Program-made: the position numbers and the translations under genes
The notes under the pieces: model-generated
What the model was told of the DNA's origin: nothing
Seen by the model: only the letters and a program-made list of their open reading frames with translations
Databases searched by the model: none
Assembly (NCBI GenBank): GCA_015493745.1
Contig: WGCN01000056.1
Coordinates: forward strand, 51,888 to 115,887
DNA from: Calditrichales bacterium
Lineage (GTDB): Bacteria; Calditrichota; Calditrichia; Calditrichales; J004
Length of the DNA stretch: 64,000 bases
Direction: 5' to 3'
Shown here: positions 49,226 through 61,871 of the stretch, piece after piece
Layout of the letters: every line of letters starts with the position of its first letter
How positions within the stretch are numbered: position 1 is the first letter of the stretch

Positions 49226-51106
49226 ATGAAAAAGAATACGACGACGCGTTTAGCTATTATTTTGTTTGTTTTTGCGCTCGCCATTTATCTCCTGTATCCT
49301 ACGATCAGTTTAAGTATGATGACAGACGCCGAAGCAAAAGAATTCGAAAAGAATGATCCTGACAGCTATAACGCTTTAAAGTCAAAAGCTATCAGCCTCG
49401 GTTTGGATTTGCAAGGAGGGATGCACGTAGTTTTAGAGGTTGATATTAAGGAACTTCTGGAAAAATTGGCCAAAAATAAAAATCCTCAATTTGTCCAGGC
49501 CCTGGATGCCGCCGCGCGGGAGGTTAAAGGAACCGAAGGCGATATTATTGAGATTTTCAATGAAAAATTAAAAGCCGAGGGCATGAATATCGCCCGTTAC
49601 TATGGAAACTCCGAACGCCGGGAAGAAGAGGATGTTCTGCAATATCTCTACACCCAGTCGGAAGAAGCGGTGGATCGTTCCCTGGAAATCCTGCGAAACC
49701 GTGTGGATCAGTTTGGGGTTTCGGAACCAACGATTCAAAAACAGGGTAACAGCCGGATCATCGTCGAGCTGGCCGGTGTAACCAACCCCAAGCGTGTACG
49801 CGAGTTGATCGGTAAAACCGCATTGCTTGAATTTAAGTTGCTGAAAGACCCCGAGGTTACCAGTAATGTCGCCATCAAGATCAACAAGTTTATTGCCTCC
49901 AAAATAGCCCCCGAAGATACCAGCAGCCAGCTAAAGGATGAGAAGAAAGACACGACTTCCACGGCTCTGGAAGAGCTGTTTGCCGAGCAAAAGCAGCCAA
50001 AGGCCGGTACAACCGCTACGGGCGAAGACAGTACCGGTTCTTTATTTGAGGCGAATTTGTTTTTCCAGGATCCGCGGGACAGAAGCACGCTTTTGGTACC
50101 GGCCGATAAGGAAAACAAGTTCAAACGTATTATATCTCTTCCTGAAATTAAAAAAATCATAGCCGAGGAGGCGGGAAGCGCTCAATTTCTCTGGGGATCA
50201 AAAAAAGTAGCCAACGGTGATTATCTGCAGGTATTCCTGGTCAATAAAAAACAGGAACTCACGGGTGAATATATCGTGGATGCCCGGCCGCAAACCGGCA
50301 GCCCCAATGACCCGGCTTCCATGGGGAAATATGAGGTTTCATTAACTTTCAGCGATGAAGGTTCGCGGGTTTTTGCCCGGGTTACGGGAGCGAATATTCA
50401 GAAGCGTCTGGCGATTATCCTCGATCAACGCGTTGTTTTGGCGCCGACCTTGCAGGCTAAAATAACATCGGGCCGCGCCCGGATTACCGGAATGGATACC
50501 TTTGAGGACGCCAAAGACCTGAGTATCGTATTGAAGGCCGGTGCCTTACCCGCGCCGGTAAGAATCATCGAAGAACGTACGGTCGGTCCGTCCCTGGGGC
50601 ATGACTCCATCGTGGCCGGCAGCTATTCCGCTTTTCTGGGTCTGCTGGTGGTTATGTTTTTCATGGTGCTCTATTACAAAGGCTCCGGTTTTATCGCCGA
50701 TCTGGCCCTGGTGCTTAACATCGTTTTTATTATGGCGGTAATGGCTTCCCTGGGGGCCACCCTGACCCTGCCGGGAATTGCCGGTATCATTTTAACCATC
50801 GGTATGGCCGTGGATGCCAACGTACTGATCTTTGAAAGGGTGCGTGAGGAATTGCGCAAGGGCAAAACCATCCGTGCTTCGCTGGATCAGGGCTATGGCA
50901 AGGCCTTTATTACCATTATGGATGCCAATGTGACCACCTTTATTGCCGGTTTGGTTTTATATACCTATGGTACCGGGCCGATTAAGGGGTTTGCCGTAAC
51001 GTTGATGATTGGTATTGCCGCCAGTATGTTCACGGCAATTTTTGTTTCCAGGGTTATTTTTAACCTGCTTTTGGAAAATACCAGAATAAAAAAACTCAGT
51101 ATATAA
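49226..51106 (+). CDS. secD: Protein translocase subunit SecD
   Basis: LGLDLQGG, RNRVDQFGVSEP, LKAGALPAP, TVGPSLG, GMAVDANVLIFER and DANVTT motifs. Confidence 0.98.
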   Translation: MKKNTTTRLAIILFVFALAIYLLYPTISLSMMTDAEAKEFEKNDPDSYNALKSKAISLGLDLQGGMHVVLEVDIKELLEKLAKNKNPQFVQALDAAAREVKGTEGDIIEIFNEKLKAEGMNIARYYGNSERREEEDVLQYLYTQSEEAVDRSLEILRNRVDQFGVSEPTIQKQGNSRIIVELAGVTNPKRVRELIGKTALLEFKLLKDPEVTSNVAIKINKFIASKIAPEDTSSQLKDEKKDTTSTALEELFAEQKQPKAGTTATGEDSTGSLFEANLFFQDPRDRSTLLVPADKENKFKRIISLPEIKKIIAEEAGSAQFLWGSKKVANGDYLQVFLVNKKQELTGEYIVDARPQTGSPNDPASMGKYEVSLTFSDEGSRVFARVTGANIQKRLAIILDQRVVLAPTLQAKITSGRARITGMDTFEDAKDLSIVLKAGALPAPVRIIEERTVGPSLGHDSIVAGSYSAFLGLLVVMFFMVLYYKGSGFIADLALVLNIVFIMAVMASLGATLTLPGIAGIILTIGMAVDANVLIFERVREELRKGKTIRASLDQGYGKAFITIMDANVTTFIAGLVLYTYGTGPIKGFAVTLMIGIAASMFTAIFVSRVIFNLLLENTRIKKLSI

Positions 51107-51139
51107 ACGACGGAAGCGGAAAAGGAGAAAAACAGTTCG

Positions 51140-52033
51140 ATGCAATTTTTCACAGATACACATTACAATATCGTGGACAAGCGGAAAATGGGTTATATTC
51201 TGAGTGGAACACTCATTCTGTTATCCATTATTTCCCTGATTCTTCACGGTGGACCTAAATATAACATTGACTTTACCGGCGGTACTTTACTTCAACTTAA
51301 GTTCGAAAAGGACGTTTCCATACAGGATATCCGCTCCGCCATCGCCAGTTTGGGCATGAAAGATGCCGAGATAAAGCATTTCGGCGCTAAAAATGAAGTG
51401 GCCATCCGCGTGGGCAGTGAGTTCGATCTGGAAACAATCAGCCATAACGTTGAGGATGCCATTCGAAAAGCCATGCCGGACAACGCTTTTGAAGAGCAAC
51501 GCACGGAAAAGGTGGGTCCCAAGGTGGGGCATGAGCTGATTATTGATGCTTTCCTGGCCATATTCTGGTCCATGATACTCATTCTTTTCTATATCATGTG
51601 GCGTTTTGAGTTTCGCTTCTCGGTGGGTGCGATTGCCGCTTTGGTGCATGACGTCACCATAACCATCGGCTTGTTCTCCCTGCTGGATATCGAGATATCG
51701 GCGCCGATTATCGCGGCGGTGTTAACCATTGTCGGTTATTCCCTGAACGATACCATCGTTGTGTTTGACCGCATTCGTGAGAATCTGAAGGCCAGCAGTA
51801 AACGTTCCTCGGATATTGTGGAAATCGTAAACCGCAGTATCAATGAAACTCTGTCGCGTACCATAATGACCTCAACCACAACCTTGCTCGTGGTCATAAT
51901 ACTATACTTCTTCGGCGGCGAGGTGTTGCGTACCTTTGCCCTGGCTTTGATCATCGGTATTGTCATCGGTACCTATTCATCCATTTTCATTGCCAGCCCG
52001 ATTGTAATCGACTGGAAATTTAAAAAAGCCTGA
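51140..52033 (+). CDS. secF: Protein translocase subunit SecF
   Basis: IDFTGG, VGPKVG, LVHDV, GYSLNDTIVVFDRIRE and TYSSIFIA motifs. Confidence 0.98.
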   Translation: MQFFTDTHYNIVDKRKMGYILSGTLILLSIISLILHGGPKYNIDFTGGTLLQLKFEKDVSIQDIRSAIASLGMKDAEIKHFGAKNEVAIRVGSEFDLETISHNVEDAIRKAMPDNAFEEQRTEKVGPKVGHELIIDAFLAIFWSMILILFYIMWRFEFRFSVGAIAALVHDVTITIGLFSLLDIEISAPIIAAVLTIVGYSLNDTIVVFDRIRENLKASSKRSSDIVEIVNRSINETLSRTIMTSTTTLLVVIILYFFGGEVLRTFALALIIGIVIGTYSSIFIASPIVIDWKFKKA

Positions 52034-52043
52034 CAGGATATCC

Positions 52044-52379
52044 ATGACTATTGATGTAAAAGAACAGGATGGCGTTGTTGTTATTGCTCTCTCCGGTAAA
52101 ATTATGGGCGGGCCCGAAGCCGGGCAACTCAATGACCGGATAAACAAATATATTGACGAGCATAAGGTAAAGATCGTTATTGATCTTGCCGGTGTGGAAT
52201 GGATGAACAGTTCCGGGTTGGGTATTTTAATCGGTACCGTAACAACCCTGAAAAACAATGACGGACAATTGATACTGACTCATGTTTCGGACAGGATATT
52301 AAACCTTCTCAAGATTACCAAACTGGTGAGTGTGTTTGACATTGCTGAAAACTTAGAGGAAGCTTTACAAAGATTTTAA
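52044..52379 (+). CDS. STAS-domain anti-sigma factor antagonist
   Basis: IVIDLAGVEWMNSSGLGILI with the conserved phosphorylatable Ser; LLKITKL. Confidence 0.92.
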   Translation: MTIDVKEQDGVVVIALSGKIMGGPEAGQLNDRINKYIDEHKVKIVIDLAGVEWMNSSGLGILIGTVTTLKNNDGQLILTHVSDRILNLLKITKLVSVFDIAENLEEALQRF

Positions 52380-52398
52380 TTTATAGCATCTGTTTCTT

Positions 52399-54602
<2,204 letters not shown>

Positions 54603-54647
54603 GATTAGCCCCCTGATGAACTATAATTATAAGCAGAGTGGCCGAAT

Positions 54648-54941
54648 ATGAGTCAATCGGATGATATGATTAAGCAAAGAATCAGCCGTTTTCGTAAAGA
54701 AATTGATGCCGCGGATGAAGAGATCGTCCGTTTGCTGAACAAGCGGGCCCTGGCGGCCATGAAGATCGGGCAGATAAAAAAAGAAGTTAACTGGCCCATA
54801 TACGTCCCCACCCGGGAGGAACAGGTTATCGCCCATGTAAAGACGGTCAATCAGGGTCCTTTGAGCGATGAGGCCATCGGACGTTTGTTTGAACGTATTA
54901 TTGATGAATCCCGAAGACAAGAACGTGAGAGCAATTCTTAG
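54648..54941 (+). CDS. Chorismate mutase (AroQ class)
   Basis: RKEIDAADEEIVRLLNKR, IGQIK, PTREEQV and FERIIDESR motifs. Confidence 0.9.
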   Translation: MSQSDDMIKQRISRFRKEIDAADEEIVRLLNKRALAAMKIGQIKKEVNWPIYVPTREEQVIAHVKTVNQGPLSDEAIGRLFERIIDESRRQERESNS

Positions 54942-56011
54942 TGAACACGACCCAGATTCGTACCAATTATAAAAGATTTAAATGGTGGCAAAAACTCCTG
55001 ATCGTGGCCTTCCCGGTATTACCGTGGTTGGTGATGGCCCTGTTAAACTATTTTACACCGGTGGACGAGAGCTCCGTTGAACAGAAAGTAACCTTGCGTA
55101 TTCCGCAAGGGGCAACGCTCAGCCAAATCGGGGACTCCCTTTTAGCCCACGATTTGATCAAAAACAAAAAGCTGTTTACCTATTTTGTAAAATATCTGGG
55201 ATATGAAAAGAAGTTAAGAGCCGGGGTTTTTGCCGTTCCCGGTAACCTGAACCATTATCAAATGGTGGAATATTTGATAGGGGCACGGGCGGAACGCTAT
55301 AAAATCACCTTGCTGGAAGGGTGGAGTTTAAAGGAGATCGCCGCCTATATCGGGAAAAAGCCGGGCCTGTCCGCCGAACGTTTTCTTGAACTGGCTCACG
55401 ATCCCGCTTTTATAAAAAGCCTGGGGCTGGATGTGCCCGCCCTGGAAGGTTATTTGTTGCCGGAAACCTATTTCCTGGAGTATAACATCCGCGAAGAACA
55501 ACTGTTAAAGATTCTGGTCGGCAAGTGTCTGGAAATATTTAAAAGCGATTCGGCCCGGAGGGCGATGATAAATATTGGCTTAAATCGTCATCAGGTATTA
55601 ACTTTGGCCTCTATAGTCGAAGGCGAAGCCCTCCTGGATGCGGAACGTCCCATAATCGCATCCCTTTATTTAAACCGGCTTAAACGGCACATGAGGCTTC
55701 AGGCGGACCCAACTATTCAATACATAAAGGAAGGACCTCCCGGACGTTTGCTTTTTAAGGACCTTGAGATTGAATCACCTTACAATACCTATTTACACTA
55801 TGGATTGCCTCCGGGGCCGATCAACAATCCGGGAAAAAAATCCATTTTGGCGGTTTTGTTTCCAGAAAAAACCAATTATCTTTACATGGTCGCCGTGGGA
55901 GATGGAAGTCATACCTTCACCACCCGGCTTAAGGATCATCTTAAGGCCAAGGCCCAATTTGACCGTGTAAGGCGCATTGTAAAACGAAAACAACGGAATA
56001 ACCAAAAATAA
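54941..56011 (+). CDS. mltG: Endolytic transglycosylase MltG
   Basis: N-terminal TM helix, LEGYLLPETY, LASIVEGE, LQADPT and SPYNTY..GLPPGPINNPG. Confidence 0.96.
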   Translation: MNTTQIRTNYKRFKWWQKLLIVAFPVLPWLVMALLNYFTPVDESSVEQKVTLRIPQGATLSQIGDSLLAHDLIKNKKLFTYFVKYLGYEKKLRAGVFAVPGNLNHYQMVEYLIGARAERYKITLLEGWSLKEIAAYIGKKPGLSAERFLELAHDPAFIKSLGLDVPALEGYLLPETYFLEYNIREEQLLKILVGKCLEIFKSDSARRAMINIGLNRHQVLTLASIVEGEALLDAERPIIASLYLNRLKRHMRLQADPTIQYIKEGPPGRLLFKDLEIESPYNTYLHYGLPPGPINNPGKKSILAVLFPEKTNYLYMVAVGDGSHTFTTRLKDHLKAKAQFDRVRRIVKRKQRNNQK

Positions 56012-56018
56012 GTACTCT

Positions 56019-58235
56019 ATGGCATTAACATTAGACAGTTTAAATCCGCAACAACGGGCGGCGGTGGAACGAACGGAAGGTCCCGTACTCATACTGGCCG
56101 GCGCCGGTAGCGGCAAAACCCGCACGCTGACGGCACGCATGGCCTATCTGATAGAAGAAAAAGGGGTGGCTCCTGAAAATATTCTGGCCGTAACCTTTAC
56201 CAACAAAGCCGCGCGCGAAATGAAGGAGCGGGTGGAATCTCTTATCGGTTCGGCCGTGAACGGGCTGTGGATCGGTACTTTCCACAGCATCTGTGCCCGC
56301 ATTATGCGTATAGAAGCGGAGGTGATGGGCTATACACGCAGTTTTACCATTTACGATGTGGATGATCAGGCCCGGGCGGTTAAAAAGGTGATCAGCACCC
56401 TCTCCGTGCCGCAACAGCTTTATACGCCGAAGATGATTCAAAACCGCCTTTCCCGGGTGAAAAACCAGTTTCTGTTCCCCGAGGATTTATATGCCATCGA
56501 AGATCGTCAGGGGCTGGATGAGTACCTGCCTTCCATTTATCTCTCCTATCAAAGATTCCTCAAGGAAAACAATGCCCTGGATTTTGACGACTTGCTGATA
56601 AAACCGATCGAGCTGTTCAAGGAAAATCCCGATATACGAAAAAAATATGCCGACCGTTTCCGTTATGTGATGGTCGATGAGTATCAGGATACCAACAAGG
56701 CGCAATACCTGTTCATTAAGGAACTGGTTAAGGATCATAAGAATCTTTGTGTGGTGGGGGATGAAGACCAGGCCATTTACGGCTGGCGCGGCGCCGATAT
56801 TTCCAATATTCTTGACTTTAAGAAGGACTATAAAGACGCCACCGTTTTTAAACTGGAAGAGAATTACCGTTCCAATAAAAATATATTGCTGGCGGCAAAC
56901 GCCGTGGTAAAAAACAACACCGAACGCCTGGGGAAGGACTTATGGACACAACGCCCCGACGGGGAAAAGCTGGAAGTGCTGGTGGGACAAACGGATTTGG
57001 ACGAGGCCAAGAAGCTGCTGGAGAAAATCCATGATGAAGTGTTTACCCGCAAACGCAGCTTTAAGGATATCGCCATTCTGTACCGCACCAATGCGCAAAG
57101 CCGGATCATCGAGGATACCCTGCGCCGAAACGCCATCTCCTATAAACTGGTGGGTGGTGTAAAATTCTATGAGCGCAAGGAGATAAAGGATATTGTCAGT
57201 TACCTGAAACTTATTGTCAACCAGCGGGACAGTATCGCCCTGAAGCGTATCATAAATTTCCCCCTGCGCGGCATAGGAGATACGACCGTCGGGAAAATTG
57301 AAAAATTTTCGGAGCTGGAGCAGATTCCCCTGTTTGAAGGGTTGGGCCGTGTGGAAGAGGTGGCTTCCATCTCCCCGGCCATGAGCCAGCGTGTGACCGG
57401 TTTTTATAATCTGATCACCAAGTTTATAAAGCTCAGTACGGAAATCTCCGCGGTGGAACTGGCCTCCACACTTGCGGCGGAGTCGGGCATCATGCACCAC
57501 TATCAAACCGAATATGACCAGTATGAGAGCGAGAGCAGAGTGCAGAATATTCAGGAACTGTTCCGCAGCATAGAGGAATTTGATGAACGCCGGCGGGAAG
57601 AAGGACGCGAAGCCGATCTGGAATCCTTTTTGGAAGAGGTCAGTCTGATGACCGATATTGACCGCATGAATACGGAAGATAACTCGGTAACGCTGATGAC
57701 CTTGCACGCGGCCAAGGGGCTGGAATTTCCGGTGGTGTTTATCACCGGTTTGGAGATGGGCCTTATGCCTCTGCAGCGGAATTCTGCCAATCTGAACGAG
57801 TTGGAGGAAGAGCGTCGCCTGATGTATGTGGGCATGACCCGTGCCGAGGAACGTTTGTACCTTTCCATGAGCCGCTCCCGACGCCGGAACAACAGCTTTA
57901 ATAAAACCATGCCATCACTGTTTCTCGATGAAATTCCGCGGGACCTGTTACATGTGACCGGATATAACTCGGCCTCGGCCTCATCCGACTATGGCCGCAG
58001 TCGCCGCCACAAAACCAAGGTGAAAAGCTATCTTACCCGTGAAGTGGAGAACCAATCCACCGATGATACGTATAAAGTGGGTCAAAAAGTTTATCACGCC
58101 ACCTTTGGCAAGGGGATCGTCCGCCAACTGGAAGGACAGGGCGACCGCATGAAAATCAGTGTTGACTTTACGGATGAAGGTATTACCAAAAAGCTTATCA
58201 AGGAATTTGCTAACTTAACACCTTTGGAAGAATAG
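56019..58235 (+). CDS. pcrA: ATP-dependent DNA helicase UvrD/PcrA
   Basis: AGAGSGKT, TFTNKAA, VDEYQDTN, VGDEDQAIYGWRGA, LMTLHAAKGLEF and EERRLMYVGMTRA motifs. Confidence 0.96.
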   Translation: MALTLDSLNPQQRAAVERTEGPVLILAGAGSGKTRTLTARMAYLIEEKGVAPENILAVTFTNKAAREMKERVESLIGSAVNGLWIGTFHSICARIMRIEAEVMGYTRSFTIYDVDDQARAVKKVISTLSVPQQLYTPKMIQNRLSRVKNQFLFPEDLYAIEDRQGLDEYLPSIYLSYQRFLKENNALDFDDLLIKPIELFKENPDIRKKYADRFRYVMVDEYQDTNKAQYLFIKELVKDHKNLCVVGDEDQAIYGWRGADISNILDFKKDYKDATVFKLEENYRSNKNILLAANAVVKNNTERLGKDLWTQRPDGEKLEVLVGQTDLDEAKKLLEKIHDEVFTRKRSFKDIAILYRTNAQSRIIEDTLRRNAISYKLVGGVKFYERKEIKDIVSYLKLIVNQRDSIALKRIINFPLRGIGDTTVGKIEKFSELEQIPLFEGLGRVEEVASISPAMSQRVTGFYNLITKFIKLSTEISAVELASTLAAESGIMHHYQTEYDQYESESRVQNIQELFRSIEEFDERRREEGREADLESFLEEVSLMTDIDRMNTEDNSVTLMTLHAAKGLEFPVVFITGLEMGLMPLQRNSANLNELEEERRLMYVGMTRAEERLYLSMSRSRRRNNSFNKTMPSLFLDEIPRDLLHVTGYNSASASSDYGRSRRHKTKVKSYLTREVENQSTDDTYKVGQKVYHATFGKGIVRQLEGQGDRMKISVDFTDEGITKKLIKEFANLTPLEE

Positions 58236-58248
58236 AATACCTACGCCC

Positions 58249-61200
58249 ATGAAAATTGCATATCGAATGACAGCGCTTTTCCTGTTATGGATACCGTTGT
58301 TTACCACAGCCCAATCCAATAGCGGCAATGACTTTTCCTATGCCCTGAAATTGTATGAACAAAAGTTCTACGATCTGGCCGCTCAACAATTTATCCGCTA
58401 TTACAACACCTACCCCGGCAGTAATAATGTGGATGAAGCCAAATTCTATGCCGGCATGTCCCTGTACAATTTAAAGGACTATACCAAGGCCCGGGTTGAG
58501 TTTCAAAGCCTGGCTCTGGAGTATCCCAAAAGCCCGAGAGCGGCGGAAGCCTGGTTTAAGGTCGGTGACTGCTATCAGGCCCTGCAAAAACACGCCGAAG
58601 CCGCCAAGGCCTTCGAAACCGTGAAAACCTTGTACCCCACGCATGCCCTTGCGCCACAAAGCCTGTTGCGGGCTTCGCGGGAGCGCCGGCTGAGCGGGGA
58701 TGTGAAAAGTACCATCGTTTTGTTACAGGCCGTTTTGGATCGCTATCCGGACAGTAAGGAGCGACCCGCTGCCATGTTACGCCTGGCGGAAATATATCTG
58801 GAGCGGAACGATCTGGCCTCGGCCGAGCGTATGATAGATGCCTTGTTGCTGGAAGACAGCTCCTCCGGGGAATATGCCGGAGCCCTGCTGTTGAAGGGAC
58901 GCGCCGATCTGCTTAAGGGACTTGATCAAAAGGCCCTGGAAAACTTCGATCGTATCCTCCGGGATTTCGGTCAAAGTCCGGAAGCGGTTAAGGCCGCCAT
59001 GCTTGGCGCCCGGCTGGCGCTGGGGCAAGGGGATCAAAAGGCCGGACTGAAGTATTTAAGCAGCGCCGAACGGGTAAACACCGACAAGACACTGGCCGCG
59101 GAAATTGCCGTGTTAAAAGGCGATTTGTATTTTGCCGATAAGAAATATGCCCTGGCCGAAGAAAGCTATGCCGCTGTTCAGCAGGCTTCCGATTCTCTTC
59201 AGGCTTATCTTATCCTGAAAAGATTTCTTGCCTTTCATTATCAGCAAAATCAGACCCAGGCTTTGAAAATGCTGGATGAATTGCATCCTCTCTTTTCCTT
59301 TTTGGCCGGCGGTGTGCGCAATCGTTTATTGGAATTGCTTCTGGATAGCCGACAGGCCGGGGCCGGCCTGCGGCTGATTGTCTCTGATTCCCGGGACGTC
59401 CCCAGGGAGCTGAGTTACTGGCAGGCGCGTTTCCTAAGGCAGGAAGGCCGGTGGCAGCAGCTTCTGAATCTGCTGGAAGATATGCAAAACCTGTCCCGCG
59501 CCGGTGATAAGGTGGATGAGCTGTATTTCTATCTGGCGGAAACCCACTATCAGTTAAAAAACTATAATGATGCCCTTAAAGCCATCAATAAGCTTATTAC
59601 CCGCTATCCGGCGGGCCGCTATGTGGAAAAGGCCCTGGAGATTAAGCAAAATATCGAGAACTTTGATCTGCTCAATGAAACCAAAGCCATTCGGGGATTG
59701 GCCAGGCTCAACTTACAGGCCCTGATGGGCGAACAACAATCAGGATTCATCAGCCTGGGGCGTATCTATTTTGAAGACCTGAAAGACTATGACACCGCGG
59801 CCCGGGTATTTGAAATTGCCACCCAAAAAACACCTGCGCAAAAAGGGCTGGCATATCTATGGCTGGGAAGGGTCTATGACCGCCTGTCGGAAGCTCCCGC
59901 CCTGGGGGAAAGTGAAAAGAGGGCCTATCGGGGCCGGGCCATGGAGAACTTCCGCAAAGCGGTCGAGAATATTGAGACCTGCGATCAACCGGATGTGGCT
60001 TCCTGGATGATGGTAAAAACACGCCTGGAAAGCGACACCGTGTCGTTAGCCAAAATAAAATCCTATATTGCCGGTCTGCTGGCCAAATACCCTGAAAGTC
60101 CCTTAAAGGAGGAGTGGCTGGCCTATGAAGCCTATACCTTCTCTTTTGACAGTGCCTACGGACAGGTAGCCGGCGATGACTACCGGCGGTTGATTCAGAA
60201 CTATAAAAAGTCCGGGCAATATCCCAGCTATCTCTTTAACTATGCCCGTTTGATTGAGGAGGCTTCTCCCGCCGAGGCTTTGGAACTTTACAAGGAAATC
60301 GCCCTGGAGTATCCGAACAGTTTTTGGGCGGACAAGGCCCTGCTGGCCGTGGCCCGTTCCTTTGCCCGGCAGGCGGACTATACCGCGGCCATATCCCTGT
60401 ATGAAAAATATCTTGATCAATATGCCTATACCGATGTCGCGGCGGAGGTGGAAGAGGAAATGGCCCGTCTCTATGTGTTAACCGGGCAAAACGAGAAAGC
60501 CATCAGGCTATTAGCCACACGACTGAATATAAATTTGCTGGAAGACCCGGTTCTGGCAGCCTTGGCCTATGGCGGGGCTTCACTGGAAAAACTGGCCTAC
60601 CTGGCCCAGGCTTACGATCAAAACGGACATACACGTAAGGCCATCTCATTTTACGGTCTTTATCTGCGGCTGGCCCCGGCGGGCGGCCTGGCGGCCCAGT
60701 CCTCCTTCGCCCTGGCCGGACTGTATCGAAAAAGCGGACAGGAGAATGTGGCTCTTGACCTGTATGCCAGGATCCGTAAAGATCAGGAACCTTATTATAC
60801 AAAGGCGCAGATGCAGCGCGCGGATATCTACTTTGAGCAGATGAATTACAGCAAGGCGGCTGAACTCTACGGCTCCCTGACCGGCAAGGAGAACAGCGAG
60901 GCCCAAAAAGCGCATGCGCACCTGATTGTCAGTTTGATAAAAGCGGGGAAGACGGGGGAAGCGGAGAAACAACTGAAACAATTCAAGAACCGCTATGCCG
61001 GGGACAAACAGAACTTTGCCCGTTTTACACTGGAGTTCGGTGAATATTACAGGAAAAAGAAGAACTTTACCAAGGCCCTGAAATATTTTAAAAATGTTTC
61101 CTCAAAATACGGGGATACCCCCTGGGCCGATAATGCGGCTTATTCCAGCGCCCTGGTAAAAATCACCCTAAACAAACATGAGGAAGCGTTGAGCATCTTG

Positions 61201-61845
61201 TCCGCCTTCCCGCAAAAGTTTCCCGATAGTGATATGCTGTCCTCGGTCTATAATTCCCTGGGCACCATATATTTTCGGGGAGAAGCCTACGACAAAGCCA
61301 TCTCCGCCTTTAAAAAGGCCCTGGAATATCCCGCCGGTAAAATCGTTAAGCAAAAAACGATGTCCAACCTGATAAAAACCTACAGCATGACCGGCTTTTG
61401 GGATGCCGCCCAAAGCCTGGCCCGCAGCTATGTACAGCAATTTCCGCGTGCCGAGGACCGGATTGATAAGGACATTTTAATCGCTCAGGCCTTTATTAAT
61501 TTAAATCAGTATCAGAATGCGGTGGATTATCTTAAAAGAATTAAAATAAGCGCCGATAGTGAAAAAGAACCGGAAATTCAATATTACATAGGTGAAGCGT
61601 TGCTCAAGGCCGGACGTTATGAAGAAGCCATCGCCGAATTTGTAAAAATTCCCTTGTTGTCGAAGAAAACCAAACTGCAATGGGAAGCCAGCGCTCTGTA
61701 TTACTCCGGTCAGGCTTATGAAAAACTGGGCCGCATTGATGATGCCATTCGCATGTACCGGGAAATTATCAACCGGCCGGGCATCGATCTTATACTTAAG
61801 AGAGAGGCTGAAAAACGAATCGGCCAGATAAAAGGCAAAGGTTAA
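58249..61845 (+). CDS. Large exported TPR-repeat protein (1198 aa)
   Basis: Signal peptide and many BamD/CpoB-type TPR pairs (A..F...YP.S). Confidence 0.9.
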   Translation: MKIAYRMTALFLLWIPLFTTAQSNSGNDFSYALKLYEQKFYDLAAQQFIRYYNTYPGSNNVDEAKFYAGMSLYNLKDYTKARVEFQSLALEYPKSPRAAEAWFKVGDCYQALQKHAEAAKAFETVKTLYPTHALAPQSLLRASRERRLSGDVKSTIVLLQAVLDRYPDSKERPAAMLRLAEIYLERNDLASAERMIDALLLEDSSSGEYAGALLLKGRADLLKGLDQKALENFDRILRDFGQSPEAVKAAMLGARLALGQGDQKAGLKYLSSAERVNTDKTLAAEIAVLKGDLYFADKKYALAEESYAAVQQASDSLQAYLILKRFLAFHYQQNQTQALKMLDELHPLFSFLAGGVRNRLLELLLDSRQAGAGLRLIVSDSRDVPRELSYWQARFLRQEGRWQQLLNLLEDMQNLSRAGDKVDELYFYLAETHYQLKNYNDALKAINKLITRYPAGRYVEKALEIKQNIENFDLLNETKAIRGLARLNLQALMGEQQSGFISLGRIYFEDLKDYDTAARVFEIATQKTPAQKGLAYLWLGRVYDRLSEAPALGESEKRAYRGRAMENFRKAVENIETCDQPDVASWMMVKTRLESDTVSLAKIKSYIAGLLAKYPESPLKEEWLAYEAYTFSFDSAYGQVAGDDYRRLIQNYKKSGQYPSYLFNYARLIEEASPAEALELYKEIALEYPNSFWADKALLAVARSFARQADYTAAISLYEKYLDQYAYTDVAAEVEEEMARLYVLTGQNEKAIRLLATRLNINLLEDPVLAALAYGGASLEKLAYLAQAYDQNGHTRKAISFYGLYLRLAPAGGLAAQSSFALAGLYRKSGQENVALDLYARIRKDQEPYYTKAQMQRADIYFEQMNYSKAAELYGSLTGKENSEAQKAHAHLIVSLIKAGKTGEAEKQLKQFKNRYAGDKQNFARFTLEFGEYYRKKKNFTKALKYFKNVSSKYGDTPWADNAAYSSALVKITLNKHEEALSILSAFPQKFPDSDMLSSVYNSLGTIYFRGEAYDKAISAFKKALEYPAGKIVKQKTMSNLIKTYSMTGFWDAAQSLARSYVQQFPRAEDRIDKDILIAQAFINLNQYQNAVDYLKRIKISADSEKEPEIQYYIGEALLKAGRYEEAIAEFVKIPLLSKKTKLQWEASALYYSGQAYEKLGRIDDAIRMYREIINRPGIDLILKREAEKRIGQIKGKG

Positions 61846-61871
61846 TTTTAAAATAAGTTCCAGGAGAAAAT